From: Angustibacter luteus
GTDB taxonomy: Bacteria > Actinomycetota > Actinomycetes > Actinomycetales > Angustibacteraceae
Direction: 5' to 3'
Length of the DNA: 55,952 bases
Assembly: GCF_039541115.1 (NCBI RefSeq)
Contig: NZ_BAABFP010000002.1
Span: 1,240,001-1,295,952, forward strand
Part shown: piece after piece, positions 10,469-19,549 of the stretch
Layout: every line of letters begins with the position of its first letter
Numbering within the stretch: position 1 is the stretch's first letter
Notes under the pieces: generated by a model
What the model saw: only the letters and a program-made list of their open reading frames with translations
Databases searched by the model: none
Told to the model about the DNA's origin: nothing
Program-made: the position numbers and the translations under genes

Positions 10469-11754
10469 GCGCGGACCTCCTGAGCGAGGGCGGCCGCGGC
10501 CGCGATGTCGGTGCGGTGCTGCCCACCGTCCAGCTCGACCCGACCCAGCGCGTCGTACGCGACGGCGCGGGCGTCGTCCAGGGTCGTCCCCACCCCGACG
10601 ACCGACAGCACCCGTCCCCCGGACGAGACGACGTCGTCGCCGCGCCGCGCCGTGCCGGCGTGCAGGACGGACGCCCCCGGTACGGCCGCCGCCGCGTCGA
10701 GCCCCTGCAACACCCCGCCCGTCGTCGGCGCGACCGGGTAGCCGGGGCTGGCCAGGACGACGGTCACGGCCGCCTGGTCGGACCAGCGCAGCGGCGGGTG
10801 GTCGGCGAGCGTGCCGGTGGCGGCCGCACGCAGCAGCGCGCCGAGCGGGGACTCGAGCCGAGCCAGCACCACCTGCGTCTCCGGGTCACCGAAGCGGGCG
10901 TTGAACTCCACCACCCGCGGGCCGCGCGAGGTCATCGCGAGGCCCACGTAGAGCAGTCCGGCGAACGGGGTACCGCGGCGGGCCATGGCGTCGACCGTCG
11001 GCTGCGCGACCCGCGCCAGGACGTCCTCGACCAGGGTCGGCTCGGCCCAGGGCAACGGGGTGTACGCCCCCATCCCGCCGGTGTTCGGGCCGGCGTCGCC
11101 GTCCAGCAGGCGCTTGAAGTCCTGGGCGGGTTCGAGCGGGACGACGCTCACGCCGTCCGTGACGCAGAACAGCGACACCTCGGGGCCGTCCAGGAACTCC
11201 TCGACCACGACCTGGGCCACCTGGCCGGCGGCGGCGCCGTGCGCCAGGCAGGCCCGGGCGTGCGCGAGCGCCTCCGCCCGGTCGTCGGTGACCACGACGC
11301 CCTTGCCGGCGGCGAGGCCGTCGTCCTTGACGACGTGCGGGGCACCGAGGGCGTCCAGCGCCTGCTCGACCTCGGCGTCGGTCCGGCAGACGTGCGCCAG
11401 CGCGGTCGGCACGTCGGCCTCGGCCATGACGTCCTTGGCGAATGCCTTGCTGCCTTCCAGCTGGGCCGCCGGGCCGGTCGGGCCGAAGCAGTCGATGCCG
11501 GCGGCCCGGACCGCGTCGGCGACCCCGGCCACGAGCGGAGCCTCGGGCCCGACGACGACCAGGTCGGCCCCCCAGGTGGTGGCCAGCGCGGCCACGGCCG
11601 GGCCGTCCATCGGGTCGACGGCGAGCAGCTCAGCCTGGTCGGCCATGCCCGGGTTGCCCGGGGCCGCGGCGATGGCGGAGACCTCCGGATCGCGGGCCAG
11701 CGCCTGCACCAGGGCGTGCTCGCGGGCGCCGGTTCCGAGGACGAGGACCTTCAT
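10465..11754 (-). CDS. purD: Phosphoribosylamine--glycine ligase
   Basis: [64 protein letters not shown]. Confidence 0.97.
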   Translation of the reverse strand: MKVLVLGTGAREHALVQALARDPEVSAIAAAPGNPGMADQAELLAVDPMDGPAVAALATTWGADLVVVGPEAPLVAGVADAVRAAGIDCFGPTGPAAQLEGSKAFAKDVMAEADVPTALAHVCRTDAEVEQALDALGAPHVVKDDGLAAGKGVVVTDDRAEALAHARACLAHGAAAGQVAQVVVEEFLDGPEVSLFCVTDGVSVVPLEPAQDFKRLLDGDAGPNTGGMGAYTPLPWAEPTLVEDVLARVAQPTVDAMARRGTPFAGLLYVGLAMTSRGPRVVEFNARFGDPETQVVLARLESPLGALLRAAATGTLADHPPLRWSDQAAVTVVLASPGYPVAPTTGGVLQGLDAAAAVPGASVLHAGTARRGDDVVSSGGRVLSVVGVGTTLDDARAVAYDALGRVELDGGQHRTDIAAAAALAQEVRA

Positions 11755-11786
11755 GGGCCGCGAGCCTATCCAGGCCCGGGCAGCAC

Positions 11787-11890
11787 GAAGCCCCCGGGAG
11801 GCAGGGGGGTTTCTCACGGGGGCCTCGTCCGAGGCAGGACCGTCATTGGGGGGGTGGTGACGGTGCCGTTCTCGGCGCCGGCGAACCGGC
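11787..11890 (-). ncRNA. Candidate structured RNA or purD leader with C-rich loops (6C-like)
   Basis: Five consecutive hairpins on the minus strand: GCCGG-TTCG-CCGGC, GCCG-AGAA-CGGC, ACCGTCA-(CCACCCCCCCAA)-TGACGGT, GCCTCG-GA-CGAGGC and GAAACCCCC-CTGCCTCCC-GGGGGCTTC; preceded by an AT-richer stretch. Confidence 0.4.
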
Positions 11891-11989
11891 TGGACGGAAG
11901 ATTGTCAGATCAACCGCCTGCGCGCTACCCCCTGGGGACAATTATCCGATGTCCGAATTCGTCCCACTACGGACGGTGATCAACTTCGA

Positions 11990-13399
11990 CTATGAGAGCG
12001 TGCTCACGACCTCGGTCAGCGCGTCGTCGAGCAAGTCGAGGCCAAGGCGCGCCTCACCCTCCGTCACAGTGCACGGCGGCACCACGTGCAGCCGGTTCAT
12101 GTTCACGAACGGCAGCAGGCCACGCTTCTTGCACGCCCCGACCAGCGCGTTCATGGGCGCCGCCGCGGCCCCCGACGCGTTGTACGGCACCAGCGGCTCG
12201 CGCGTCGCACGGTCCTTCACCAGCTCGAGCGCCCAGAACACGCCCAGACCGCGGACCTCACCGATCACCTCGTGCTTGCCCTGGAGCTCGGCCAACCGCG
12301 GTCCGATGACCTCGGCGCCGATCCGGGCGGCGTTCTCGATGATCCCCTCGTCCGTCATGGCGGTGATCGTGGCCACCGCGGCCGCACAGGCCAACGGGTG
12401 CCCCGAGTAGGTCAGCCCACCGGGGTACGGGCGCTCGCGGAACGTCTCGTAGACGGGGCCGTTGATCAGCACGCCGCCGAGCGGCACGTAGCCGGAGTTG
12501 ACCCCCTTGGCGAACGTGATGAGGTCCGGCGCCAGCGTCCCGCCGCCGGTCGCCTGGAAGTGTTCGACGCTGAACCAGGCACCGCTGCGCCCGAAGCCGG
12601 CCATCACCTCGTCGGCGATCCACAGGATGCCGTAGCGGTCGCAGATCTCCCGGACGCCGGCCAGGTAGCCCGGCGGCGGCACCATGATCCCGGCGGTGCC
12701 GGGGATGGTCTCCAGCACGATCGCCGCGATGGTCGCCGGGCCCTCCATCTGGACGACGGCCTCGAGGTGCTCGAGCGCGCGGGCGCACTCCTCGTCGTCC
12801 GTGCTGGCGTGGAAGGCCGACCGGTACGTGTACGGGCCGAAGAAGTGCACGACGCCCTCGGCGCCGGTGTCGTTCGGCCAGCGGCGCGGGTCGCCCGTCA
12901 TGTGGATCGCCGCCTGGGTGTGCCCGTGGTAGCTGCGGTAGCGGGTGAGCACCTTGCGGCGGCCGGTGTGCAGGCGAGCCATCCGGACGGCGTTCTCGAT
13001 GGCCTCCGCGCCGCCGTTGGTGAAGAACACGTGGTTCAGGTCGTCGCCCGGGGCGCGCTCGACGATCAGCCGCGCGGCCTCGCTGCGGGCGGCGTTCGCG
13101 TGCTGCGGCGCGACCGTGCAGATCTTCGCCGCCTGCTCCTGGATGCCGCGCACGACCGCCGGGTGCTGGTGGCCGATGTTCGTGTTGACGAGCTGGCTGC
13201 TGAAGTCCAGCAGCGGGCGGCCGCTGCCGTCCCAGATCCAGCTGCCCTGGGCGCCGGTGATCACCATCGGGTCCAGCGCGCCCTGGGCGGACCAGGAGTG
13301 GAACACGTGCGCGCGGTCCAGGTCGTGGGTGCGCTGGGCGCCGTCCAGGTCGAGGGGCGGGGCGGCGGGCGCGAGGGACTCCACGGTCACGGTGCTCAT
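11990..13399 (-). CDS. Class III PLP-dependent aminotransferase (omega-amino acid/taurine-pyruvate-like)
   Basis: HVFHSWSAQ, FTNGGAEAIENA, SYHG, IADEVMAGFGRSG, PDLITFAKGVNSGY, GLTYSGHPLAC. Confidence 0.92.
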   Translation of the reverse strand: MSTVTVESLAPAAPPLDLDGAQRTHDLDRAHVFHSWSAQGALDPMVITGAQGSWIWDGSGRPLLDFSSQLVNTNIGHQHPAVVRGIQEQAAKICTVAPQHANAARSEAARLIVERAPGDDLNHVFFTNGGAEAIENAVRMARLHTGRRKVLTRYRSYHGHTQAAIHMTGDPRRWPNDTGAEGVVHFFGPYTYRSAFHASTDDEECARALEHLEAVVQMEGPATIAAIVLETIPGTAGIMVPPPGYLAGVREICDRYGILWIADEVMAGFGRSGAWFSVEHFQATGGGTLAPDLITFAKGVNSGYVPLGGVLINGPVYETFRERPYPGGLTYSGHPLACAAAVATITAMTDEGIIENAARIGAEVIGPRLAELQGKHEVIGEVRGLGVFWALELVKDRATREPLVPYNASGAAAAPMNALVGACKKRGLLPFVNMNRLHVVPPCTVTEGEARLGLDLLDDALTEVVSTLS

Positions 13400-13487
13400 G
13401 ACGGCCAGCCTAGGTCGGCCACGCCGTCCCGTGTCGAACACTGTGTACGCCGATCGCGCCCGGCCCCTTCCACCCCGTCACCCACGG

Positions 13488-13577
13488 TTCCGCCGCTCAG
13501 GCCGGTTTCCGCCGTCCAACCCGGTTTCCGGACGTCGAAACCGGCCTGAGCGTCGGAAAGGGGCCTGGATGGCGGAA
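13488..13577. repeat. Intergenic palindromic element built from 19-bp units (family B), copy 1
   Basis: Units TTCCGCCGCTCAGGCCGGT and TTCCGCCGTCCAACCCGGT, followed by two inverted units (13540-13558, 13559-13577); shares its unit with 50905-50996. Confidence 0.8.
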
Positions 13578-13600
13578 GCCGGGGGAGGGTGTGGGGCGGG

Positions 13601-14773
13601 TCAGCGGAAGGCGTCGATGCCCGTCAGGGCCTGGCCGACGACGAGGGTGTGCACCTCGGACGTGCCCTCGTACGTGAGCACGGACTCCAGGTTGTTGGCG
13701 TGCCGCAGCACCGGGTACTCCAGCGAGATGCCGTTCGCGCCCAGGATGGTGCGGCACTCGCGGGCGATCTTGATGGCCTCACGCACGTTGTTGAGCTTCG
13801 CGACGCTCACCATCTGCGGCGTCGCGGTGCCGGCCTCCTTGGCGCGGCCTAGGTGGTGCGCGAGCAGGAACGCCTTGTCCAGCTCGAGCGCCATGTTCGC
13901 CAGCTTCTCCTGGGTGAGCTGGAAGCCCGCGATGGGCTTGCCGAACTGCACGCGGTTCACCGCGTAGTCGATCGCCGTCTCGAGGCAGTCGCGAGCCGAC
14001 CCGATGACCCCCCAGACGATGCCGAAGCGGGCCTCGGTCAGGCACGACAGCGGACCGCGCAGGCCCTTGACGCCGGGCAGCACCGCCGAGCCCGGCAGCC
14101 GCACGCCGTCCAGCACCAGCTCGCTGGTCACGGACGCCCGCATCGAGAGCTTGTGCTTGATCAGCGGGGCGCTGAACCCCGGCGCATCCGTCGGGACGAC
14201 GAAACCGCGCACCCCGTCATCCGTGCTCGCCCAGACAATGGCCACGTCGGCGACCGAGCCGTTGGTGATCCACATCTTGGCGCCGTCCAGCACCCAGTCG
14301 TCGCCGTCCCGCTTCGCGCGGGTGCGCATGTTGCCGGGGTCGCTGCCGTGGTCCGGCTCGGTCAGGCCGAAGCAGCCGATCGCCTCGCCCGCAGCCATCC
14401 GGGGCAGCCACTCCTGCTTCTGCTCCTCGCTGCCGTAGGCGTGGATCGCGAACATGGCCAGGCTGCCCTGCACCGACACCATCGACCTGATCCCGGAGTC
14501 AGCAGCCTCGATCTCCATCGCGGCCACGCCGTAGGACGTCGCGTTCAGCCCGGCGCAGCCGTAGCCCTCGAGGTGCATGCCCAGCACGCCGAGCTTGCCG
14601 AACTCCAGGGCGAGCTCGCGGGCCGGCAGCGTGCCCGCCTCGAACCACTCGGCCACGTGCGGGCTGACGTGCTCGGCGACCATCGCCCGGACGGACGACT
14701 GGATGTCGCGCTCGTCGTCGGTGAGCAGGTCGGACAGCTTCAGCAGCTCCAGCGGTGCGATGCGTGCGCTCAT
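13601..14773 (-). CDS. Acyl-CoA dehydrogenase (glutaryl-CoA dehydrogenase-like)
   Basis: GCFGLTEPDHGSDP, GAKMWITNG, RVQFGKPIAGFQLTQEKLA, GANGI, TYEGTSEVH. Confidence 0.92.
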   Translation of the reverse strand: MSARIAPLELLKLSDLLTDDERDIQSSVRAMVAEHVSPHVAEWFEAGTLPARELALEFGKLGVLGMHLEGYGCAGLNATSYGVAAMEIEAADSGIRSMVSVQGSLAMFAIHAYGSEEQKQEWLPRMAAGEAIGCFGLTEPDHGSDPGNMRTRAKRDGDDWVLDGAKMWITNGSVADVAIVWASTDDGVRGFVVPTDAPGFSAPLIKHKLSMRASVTSELVLDGVRLPGSAVLPGVKGLRGPLSCLTEARFGIVWGVIGSARDCLETAIDYAVNRVQFGKPIAGFQLTQEKLANMALELDKAFLLAHHLGRAKEAGTATPQMVSVAKLNNVREAIKIARECRTILGANGISLEYPVLRHANNLESVLTYEGTSEVHTLVVGQALTGIDAFR

Positions 14774-14808
14774 GGCGGACATGCTCGCACGAGGAGCATG
14801 ATCGGCTC

Positions 14809-15552
14809 ATGTCGCAACCTGTCACCCGACCTCCCGCCAGGTACGACGACCTGTCGGCGGTGTTCCTCAACTGCACCCTCACCCGGTCCCCGGGTCTCTC
14901 GCACACCCAGACGCTGATGAACCTGTCCGTCGAGCTGATGCGGTCCGTCGGCGTCGCCGTCACGAACGTGCGGGCCGTCGACCACGACATCGCGCCCGGC
15001 GTGCAGCCCGACATGACCGAGCACGGCTTCGACCGCGACGACTGGCCGGCCATCCAACGCCAGGTGATGGACGCCGACATCCTCGTGATCGGGACGCCGA
15101 TCTGGTTGGGAGAGAAGTCATCCGTGGCCACGAGGGTCGTCGAGCGGCTCTACTCCTTCTCCGGTGAGCTCACCCCGGACGGCCAGTACGCCTACTACGG
15201 CCGGGTCGGCGGCGTCCTGGTCACCGGCAACGAGGACGGCGTGAAGCACTGCGCCATGAACCTGCTGTACTCGTTGCAGCACCTGGGTTTCGTCATCCCA
15301 CCGCAGGCCGACGCCGGCTGGATCGGTGAGGTCGGACCGGGCGCCAGCTACGGCGATCCGAGCGAGGACGGCGGACCGCCGATCGGGTTCGACAACGACT
15401 TCACCAACCGCAACACCACGTTCATGACGTGGAACCTGCTGCACCTGGCGCGGATCCTGAAGGACGCCGGCGGGATCCCGGCGTACGGCAACCAGCGGCC
15501 CCAGTGGTTCGAGGGCGAGCGGTTCGGCTTCGCCAATCCTGAGTACCGCTAG
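14809..15552 (+). CDS. Flavodoxin-like / NADPH-dependent FMN reductase family protein
   Basis: NCTL..SP..SHT, ADILVIGTPIWLG, TGNEDGVKHC, NRNTTFMTWNL. Confidence 0.85.
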   Translation: MSQPVTRPPARYDDLSAVFLNCTLTRSPGLSHTQTLMNLSVELMRSVGVAVTNVRAVDHDIAPGVQPDMTEHGFDRDDWPAIQRQVMDADILVIGTPIWLGEKSSVATRVVERLYSFSGELTPDGQYAYYGRVGGVLVTGNEDGVKHCAMNLLYSLQHLGFVIPPQADAGWIGEVGPGASYGDPSEDGGPPIGFDNDFTNRNTTFMTWNLLHLARILKDAGGIPAYGNQRPQWFEGERFGFANPEYR

Positions 15553-17354
15553 TCGCGCGGCTTGCGCGGCGGACGGCCTGCCGAACGGACCCCACCCGGG
15601 GCGTCCCGGTCGCGCCGCGCGGTCACCTTGCGGCCCTTGATCCTGGTGGCGCGCAACGCCTCCAGCACCTCGTCTGCCGCCGACGCCGGTACCTCGACCA
15701 GCGAGAACCGCTCGGTGATCTCGATCGAGCCGACGTCGCGTCCGGTCAGCCGGGACTCGCCGGCGATCGCACCGACGAGGTCCGCGGGACGGATGCCGGC
15801 CGCCCGGCCCAGCGAGATGTAGAGCCGGGCCCGACCCTCGCCGGGTGCACTGCGACCGCGTGGGCCGCTGGAGCCCGCGCCGCCGGACGCGCCGGCGGCG
15901 CCCGCTCGGCCCGCCGGCCGACGTCCGGCATCGCCCGCTGGGACGCTTGCCTCCGGGATCTCGGGCTCGTCATCGTCCGAGCCGCCCGAGGTCGCCTCGT
16001 GGGCCAGCTTCACCGCGGCGAGCGCGACCTGCATGACGTCGAAGTCGTCGGTCAGCGTCTCGACGACGACCCGGAACCGGTCGAGGTCGTCCTCCAGGAG
16101 GCTCTCGTAGAGCGCGGCGCGGGTGAGCTCGAGGCGGCGGGCCCGCAGGTCCGCGGTCGTGGGCACCTTCTCCATCGAGATCTTCTGGCGGGTGGCTCGC
16201 TCGATGGTCTTGAGCATGCGGTGCTCGCGCGGCTCGGCCAGCGTGATCGCCACCCCCTCGCGACCGCCACGCCCGACCCGGCCGATCCGGTGCACGTACG
16301 ACTCGGCGGCCGCGGGCACCTCGTAGTTGACGACGTGCGTGAGGTGGTCGATGTCCAGGCCGCGCGCGGCGACGTCCGTGGCGACCAGCAGGTCCGCGGT
16401 CTGCGCGCGCAGCCGACCCATCACCCGGTCGCGCTGCTCCTGGTTCATCCCGCCGTGCAGCGCCTCGGCCCGGTAGCCGCGCCCGTTCAGGGTCTCGGTG
16501 AGCTCGTCGACCTGCTCGCGGGTGCGGCAGAACACGATCGCCGCGGTCGGGGACTCGACGTCCAGCACCCGCCCGAGAGCGGCCGCCTTGTGCGCCCGCG
16601 CCACGACGTACGCGGTCTGCCGGACCAGCGCCTGCCCGGACGACGGCACCGCCCGCTCGATCTCGATCCGCACCGGCTCGCGCAGGTGCCGGCGGGCGAT
16701 GCCGTTGATCCGGCTCGGCATCGTGGCGGAGAAGAGCACGGTCTGACGGGCCTCGGGGGTCGCGGCGAGGATCGTCTCGAGGTCCTCCGCGAAGCCCATG
16801 TCGAGCATCTCGTCCGCCTCGTCCAGCACCACGACGGCGATCGAGGTGAGGTCGAGCGTGCCGCGGTTGATGTGGTCGATGGCGCGGCCGGGGGTGGCGA
16901 CGACGACGTCCACGCCCCGCTCCAGCTCGCGCAGCTGACGGCCGATCGGCTGGCCGCCGTAGATCGGCAGCACCCGTGCGCCGAGGCCGCGGCCGTAGCG
17001 GTGCAACGCCTCCGAGACCTGCATGCAGAGCTCGCGGGTCGGCACCAGCACCATCGCGCTCGGCGCCTTGCCGCGGTCGCCGGAGCGCAGCTGCTGCAGG
17101 ATCGGCAGCGCGAACGCGGCGGTCTTGCCGGTGCCGGTCGCGGCCTGGCCGAGCAGGTCGTGGCCATCGACGAGCTTGGGGATCGCTGCCCACTGGATCG
17201 GCGTCGGCTCCTCATAGCCCAGGGCGGCGAGCGCGTCCAGCAGCTCTGGGCGCAGGCCGAGGTCCGCGAACGTGCGCGCCGGCTCAGGGGGCGCGCCCGC
17301 GCTGGACTCGGTGCCGTCGTCCGCCGGACCGTCCGTGCTCTCGTCGTCGCTCAC
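15549..17354 (-). CDS. deaD: DEAD-box RNA helicase with C-terminal DbpA-type RNA-binding domain (DeaD/CsdA-like)
   Basis: Q motif PTPIQ, ATGTGKT, PTREL, TPGR, DEAD, SAT, ARGLD, HRIGRVGR, and GIRPADLVGAI. Start approximate. Confidence 0.9.
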   Translation of the reverse strand: MSDDESTDGPADDGTESSAGAPPEPARTFADLGLRPELLDALAALGYEEPTPIQWAAIPKLVDGHDLLGQAATGTGKTAAFALPILQQLRSGDRGKAPSAMVLVPTRELCMQVSEALHRYGRGLGARVLPIYGGQPIGRQLRELERGVDVVVATPGRAIDHINRGTLDLTSIAVVVLDEADEMLDMGFAEDLETILAATPEARQTVLFSATMPSRINGIARRHLREPVRIEIERAVPSSGQALVRQTAYVVARAHKAAALGRVLDVESPTAAIVFCRTREQVDELTETLNGRGYRAEALHGGMNQEQRDRVMGRLRAQTADLLVATDVAARGLDIDHLTHVVNYEVPAAAESYVHRIGRVGRGGREGVAITLAEPREHRMLKTIERATRQKISMEKVPTTADLRARRLELTRAALYESLLEDDLDRFRVVVETLTDDFDVMQVALAAVKLAHEATSGGSDDDEPEIPEASVPAGDAGRRPAGRAGAAGASGGAGSSGPRGRSAPGEGRARLYISLGRAAGIRPADLVGAIAGESRLTGRDVGSIEITERFSLVEVPASAADEVLEALRATRIKGRKVTARRDRDAPGGVRSAGRPPRKPRD

Positions 17355-17415
17355 CCGACCATCGTCGCGCATGGCGGAGCCGAGGGGCACCCGGCCGGGT
17401 CCCGCACTGGGGGAC

Positions 17416-17491
17416 CTCTCGAGGGTTGCTGCCGCTTCTCGAGGGTCCTTCGCCTCGAGAAGCGGGTCTGCACCCACTGAACGTGATCAAC
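17416..17491 (-). repeat. Family A repeat, solo end
   Basis: Reverse complement GTTGATCACGTTCAGTGGGTGCAGACCCGCTTCTCGAGGCGAAGGACCCTCGAGAAGCGGCAGCAACCCTCGAGAG, homologous to 24148-24226, 25331-25389 and 42088-42173. Confidence 0.9.
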
Positions 17492-17495
17492 GTCG

Positions 17496-18134
17496 TCAGG
17501 GGAGGCGGGCGAGCAGGCCGTCGCGGACGTCGGGCCACTCGTCCCGCAGGATGGAGAAGACGACGGTGTCGCGGAACGTCCCGTCCGCGCGGCGCTTGTG
17601 CCGTCGCAGCACCCCCTCGCGGGTCGCGCCGAGCTTGGCGATGGCGGCCTGCGAGCGGGTGTTGATCACGTCCGTCTGCAGCTTGACCCGGCCGAGCCGG
17701 CAGTCGTCGAACGCGTGCCCCAGCAGCAACAGCTTGCACTCGGGGTTCACCGCCGTGGCCCACCAGCGCGGGCCGTACCCGGTCCAGCCGATGTGCGCCT
17801 TCTCGTCCCCCACCACGACGTCGCCGAGGGACGTCGTCCCGACGACGGTGCCCGCTGCACCGAGGTCACCGTCCGCGACGAGCCGGACGGTGTACGCCAC
17901 CCGGTACGAGGGGTGCCCCGGCCGGAGCTCGCGGTCGCGCACCGCCGACGCGGTCGTCGCCTGCATGCCGTCCGCGTCGGCGGGACGACCGGCAGGCCCA
18001 CCGCCGTACCCCGCGGCGTACACCCGTTCGTCGTCCAGGGCCTCGAACAAGGCAGGTGCGTCGCCGGCCACCATCGGGTCGAGCCGGACGACGCGCCCGA
18101 CCAGCGGCCGGGCGTCGGGAGCGGTGGCACTCAT
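17496..18134 (-). CDS. GNAT N-acetyltransferase (RimJ/RimL-like)
   Basis: HIGWTGY...WATAVNPECKLLLL.HAF, RVKLQTD..N.RSQAAIAKLGATREGVLR, RDTVVFSIL..EW. Confidence 0.9.
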   Translation of the reverse strand: MSATAPDARPLVGRVVRLDPMVAGDAPALFEALDDERVYAAGYGGGPAGRPADADGMQATTASAVRDRELRPGHPSYRVAYTVRLVADGDLGAAGTVVGTTSLGDVVVGDEKAHIGWTGYGPRWWATAVNPECKLLLLGHAFDDCRLGRVKLQTDVINTRSQAAIAKLGATREGVLRRHKRRADGTFRDTVVFSILRDEWPDVRDGLLARLP

Positions 18135-18154
18135 GGCCACACGCTAGGGCCCGG

Positions 18155-18874
18155 CTACGACGCGCGTTGCCGCGGGAGGTCCAGCACGTGGACGACGGGG
18201 GGCGGTTCGACCGGGGCGACCGGCTGCGGGTCTCGTTGTGCCGCAGCGAGCACCTCGGCCGGCGGGCACGCGCCGTAGTACTTGGCGAGGTCGGCCGGCG
18301 TGATGTGCACCGGGTCGCGGTCGAAGAGCGTGCCGGTGCGTTCCATCGCCCTGGCCACGAACCCGCTGCAGATGTACCGGCCGTCCACGAAGAACGTCAG
18401 CTTCGAGCCGGTCAGCATCGTCAGCGCCAGGCTCGCCAGGGTCACGAACCCGTACTTGGCGCGGCGCTGCACGACCCACTCGGCGAAGGCCAGCACCTGC
18501 CGGACGTCATGCGCGCTGGCGTGGGTGCGGACCACGACGTAGTCGCGCTCCCGGTACTTCGACGCGTGGCTGCGGACCACCCCGCTGCCGAGCGCCTCGA
18601 CCAGGTCGCCGTCCACCGAGACGACCAGCGCCGCGTGGTTGAACCAGGCATAGCGCCGGTCCTCACCGTGGATGCGCAGCCGCTCGCCGAACCGGATCAT
18701 CCGGCTGACCGGCCCGTGCCCACGGGTGAGCAGGAAGTCCCCCGGCGCCCAGCGCTGCGGCTCGACACCCTGCTCGAACGTGGCCGTGTGCACCGCGGTC
18801 GCCAGGTGGATCGGCGGCCGGTTCGGCGGCCGGATCGGCGGTGGGATCGGCGGTGGGATCGGCGGGACCGGCAT
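18155..18874 (-). CDS. Permuted papain-like (YiiX/YaeF, NlpC/P60-related) amidase family protein
   Basis: PGDFLLTRG ... NHAALV ... EAL..GV ... KYG ... YICSGFVA ... ITPADL, i.e. the His-before-Cys order of permuted NlpC/P60 proteins. Start uncertain. Confidence 0.7.
   Translation of the reverse strand: MPVPPIPPPIPPPIRPPNRPPIHLATAVHTATFEQGVEPQRWAPGDFLLTRGHGPVSRMIRFGERLRIHGEDRRYAWFNHAALVVSVDGDLVEALGSGVVRSHASKYRERDYVVVRTHASAHDVRQVLAFAEWVVQRRAKYGFVTLASLALTMLTGSKLTFFVDGRYICSGFVARAMERTGTLFDRDPVHITPADLAKYYGACPPAEVLAAAQRDPQPVAPVEPPPVVHVLDLPRQRAS
18808..18867. repeat. Five 12-bp tandem units GG(A/T)TCGGCGGNN encoding a Pro-rich N-terminus
   Basis: Direct reading; translates as PPIPPPIPPPIRPPNRPPIH on the minus strand. 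Confidence 0.8.
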
Positions 18875-18940
18875 GACGCTCTCCTCGGCAGGTCGGCCAG
18901 GGTCACCTGAACCGAGCCGTGCCAGGGGTGCGCTGATACA

Positions 18941-19498
18941 TCACCAGGTGTGCGCGACGTCGATCACCAGCCGTGAGCCGCTGCCGGGACCGGCCAGGGT
19001 GAACACCCGGAACGGCAGCCGCGCCCGCACGCCGACCCCGAGCGTGGTGTAGCCCTCGAAGGTGCCGGCCCAGGCCACCTGCCGCAGCGTGCGGTAGCCG
19101 GCCGCGTCCACGAGCTCCCGCTGGTTCGCCGGACGGTAGGTCGGGTGCCCGGCGGTGTCGTAGGACGGCGCGACGACCGTGACCTGCAACCGCGCGCCAC
19201 CGCGCAGCGGGACCGGCTTGCCGCTGCCGTCCATGGTCACCGCGCTGACGTAGCGGACGTTGTACCCCGGTGCCCGGCCGGCCAGGTCCACGACGACCCG
19301 GTCGTAGCAGGCGTGGCGTCCGGCGCGCACCCCGGTGACGTACTTGTGGCTGCCGGCGGGGTGGCTCTTCGCGAGCGAGCCCCAGGCCGTGCTGCACGTC
19401 GCGGCGCTGGCGGACGTCGGGGCGGCGACGACGGTCAGGGCCGCCGCGGCGGCGAGGAACGGGACGGCGAGCAACGCGCGGGTGCGGGTCAGCTTCAT
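18941..19498 (-). CDS. Secreted actinobacterial AMIN-like domain protein
   Basis: Signal peptide (MKLTRTR + hydrophobic + ASA); [58 protein letters not shown]. Confidence 0.8.
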   Translation of the reverse strand: MKLTRTRALLAVPFLAAAAALTVVAAPTSASAATCSTAWGSLAKSHPAGSHKYVTGVRAGRHACYDRVVVDLAGRAPGYNVRYVSAVTMDGSGKPVPLRGGARLQVTVVAPSYDTAGHPTYRPANQRELVDAAGYRTLRQVAWAGTFEGYTTLGVGVRARLPFRVFTLAGPGSGSRLVIDVAHTW

Positions 19499-19549
19499 GG
19501 TGTCCTCCTCTCGGACACCTCTGGAACGCGCCAGCACGCCTTCCGGTTG

